The position numbers and the translations under genes were made by a program. 36,148 nt of DNA from Trichosphaerium sp. ATCC 40318 (Eukaryota; Protista; Tubulinea), in contig JALMLS010000113.1 of the NCBI GenBank assembly GCA_038496445.1, positions 1-36,148 on the forward strand, written 5' to 3'. The notes below the pieces were generated by a model. It saw only the letters and a list, made by a program, of their open reading frames with translations, had not been told where the DNA came from and searched no databases. Position 1 is the stretch's first letter. Each line of letters starts with the position of its first letter. This document shows, piece after piece, positions 35,501 to 36,148 of this stretch.

Positions 35501-36148
35501 TGAAAAAACAAAGAGATACAAGTCCAAGTAGTAGGAGTTTGTCAAGAAGGGAAAATTGAATCGCATTTATCAACCACTAGTGCTACAAAGAAAAGTAGCA
35601 GAACAATACAATGACATTGAAACGTCAATTTCTGCTTTGCCTTCTAGTACTTCATCCGAAGTTGTTGATCGTAGTCTGGCAGCCTATATGATACCTCTAT
35701 CAGCATCTGAGGAACCACAACGTGAATTCTCACGTAAACGAATAAGGGGAAGACCGCTTAAGAAAAAGGCGGAAAAGAGATCCGTACCACAAGAAGTCCA
35801 ACCAATTACCACGTCAGATACCAATACAGTCGAAAAACGTACAACATGCCTTTTTAGTAATGATATTTACTTTTTATTCTTATTATAGGTAAGGCAATGA
35901 GTGTTAAAGCAGGAGATGTTATTGTCGTAAACGGAAAAGAAATAACTATTCAAAAAGTACGAAGATCTCGCCCTGGTAAGCATGGACCAGCGAAGGTTGC
36001 TGTTGTAGGTACGTAATGTTTCTACTATTTTCATTTCGTGCTATTGAATCGTGTTTATTCAAATCACGTGATGGATTTTCGTAGGCATAGATTCGTCCGG
36101 AAAAAAAGTAGAACAGTTAAAAAGGAGTAATGATAGCTTCAACATTAA
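32516..36148 (+). CDS. VIT + vWA-like + EF-hand + eIF5A-like multidomain protein (3'-partial)
   Basis: VIT: [33 protein letters not shown]...GNVYKTRIYP. vWA-like: LVLWDASLS, YDG, LLFTNG. Then RLWAQKRI, GIVTPKTSMLVLE and WNRRVAWW, an EF-hand FDKDGDDELTKGDI, and SRPGKHGPAKVAVVGID. Confidence 0.85.

Noticed and set aside
1-36148. CRISPR array, rRNA, or non-standard genetic code
   Set aside because: No regularly spaced repeats or rRNA-like sequence were seen. TAA, TAG and TGA all end genes, and in-frame stops are explained by introns.

Overview
AT-rich eukaryotic (protist-like, possibly amoebozoan; inference) nuclear DNA, gene-dense, with many short GT-AG introns, so the ORF track mostly shows exon fragments. 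All gene models were spliced by eye. From left to right: (1) a complete, young Ty3/Gypsy LTR retrotransposon on the minus strand (identical 98-bp LTRs, 5-bp TSD CCATC, PBS, PPT, gag-pol with one frameshift); (2) a secreted PAN-like + GH116-like glycosidase; (3) a frameshifted intronless F-box/LRR gene; (4) two outward-facing tRNA-Lys(CTT) genes inside a 297-bp, ~99% identical inverted repeat that brackets a small unknown gene; (5) a VPS9 + STB6-like fusion gene head-to-head with a C12orf4/FERRY3 homolog; (6) a Tudor-like Pro/Ala/Thr-rich nuclear protein; (7) an intronless F-box-like/MORN-variant repeat gene; (8) a cytochrome P450 bracketed by two outward-facing degenerate tRNA-Lys-derived elements; (9) a hypothetical gene and an ankyrin gene; (10) a VIT/vWA/EF-hand gene fused in frame to an eIF5A-like hypusine-loop domain, running off the window. 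The most notable observations are the twice-repeated layout [intronless F-box gene] <- [tRNA-Lys element] - ~2.7 kb cargo - [tRNA-Lys element] ->, the eIF5A-like fusion, the VPS9-STB6 fusion beside FERRY3, and an apparent excess of CACGTG.
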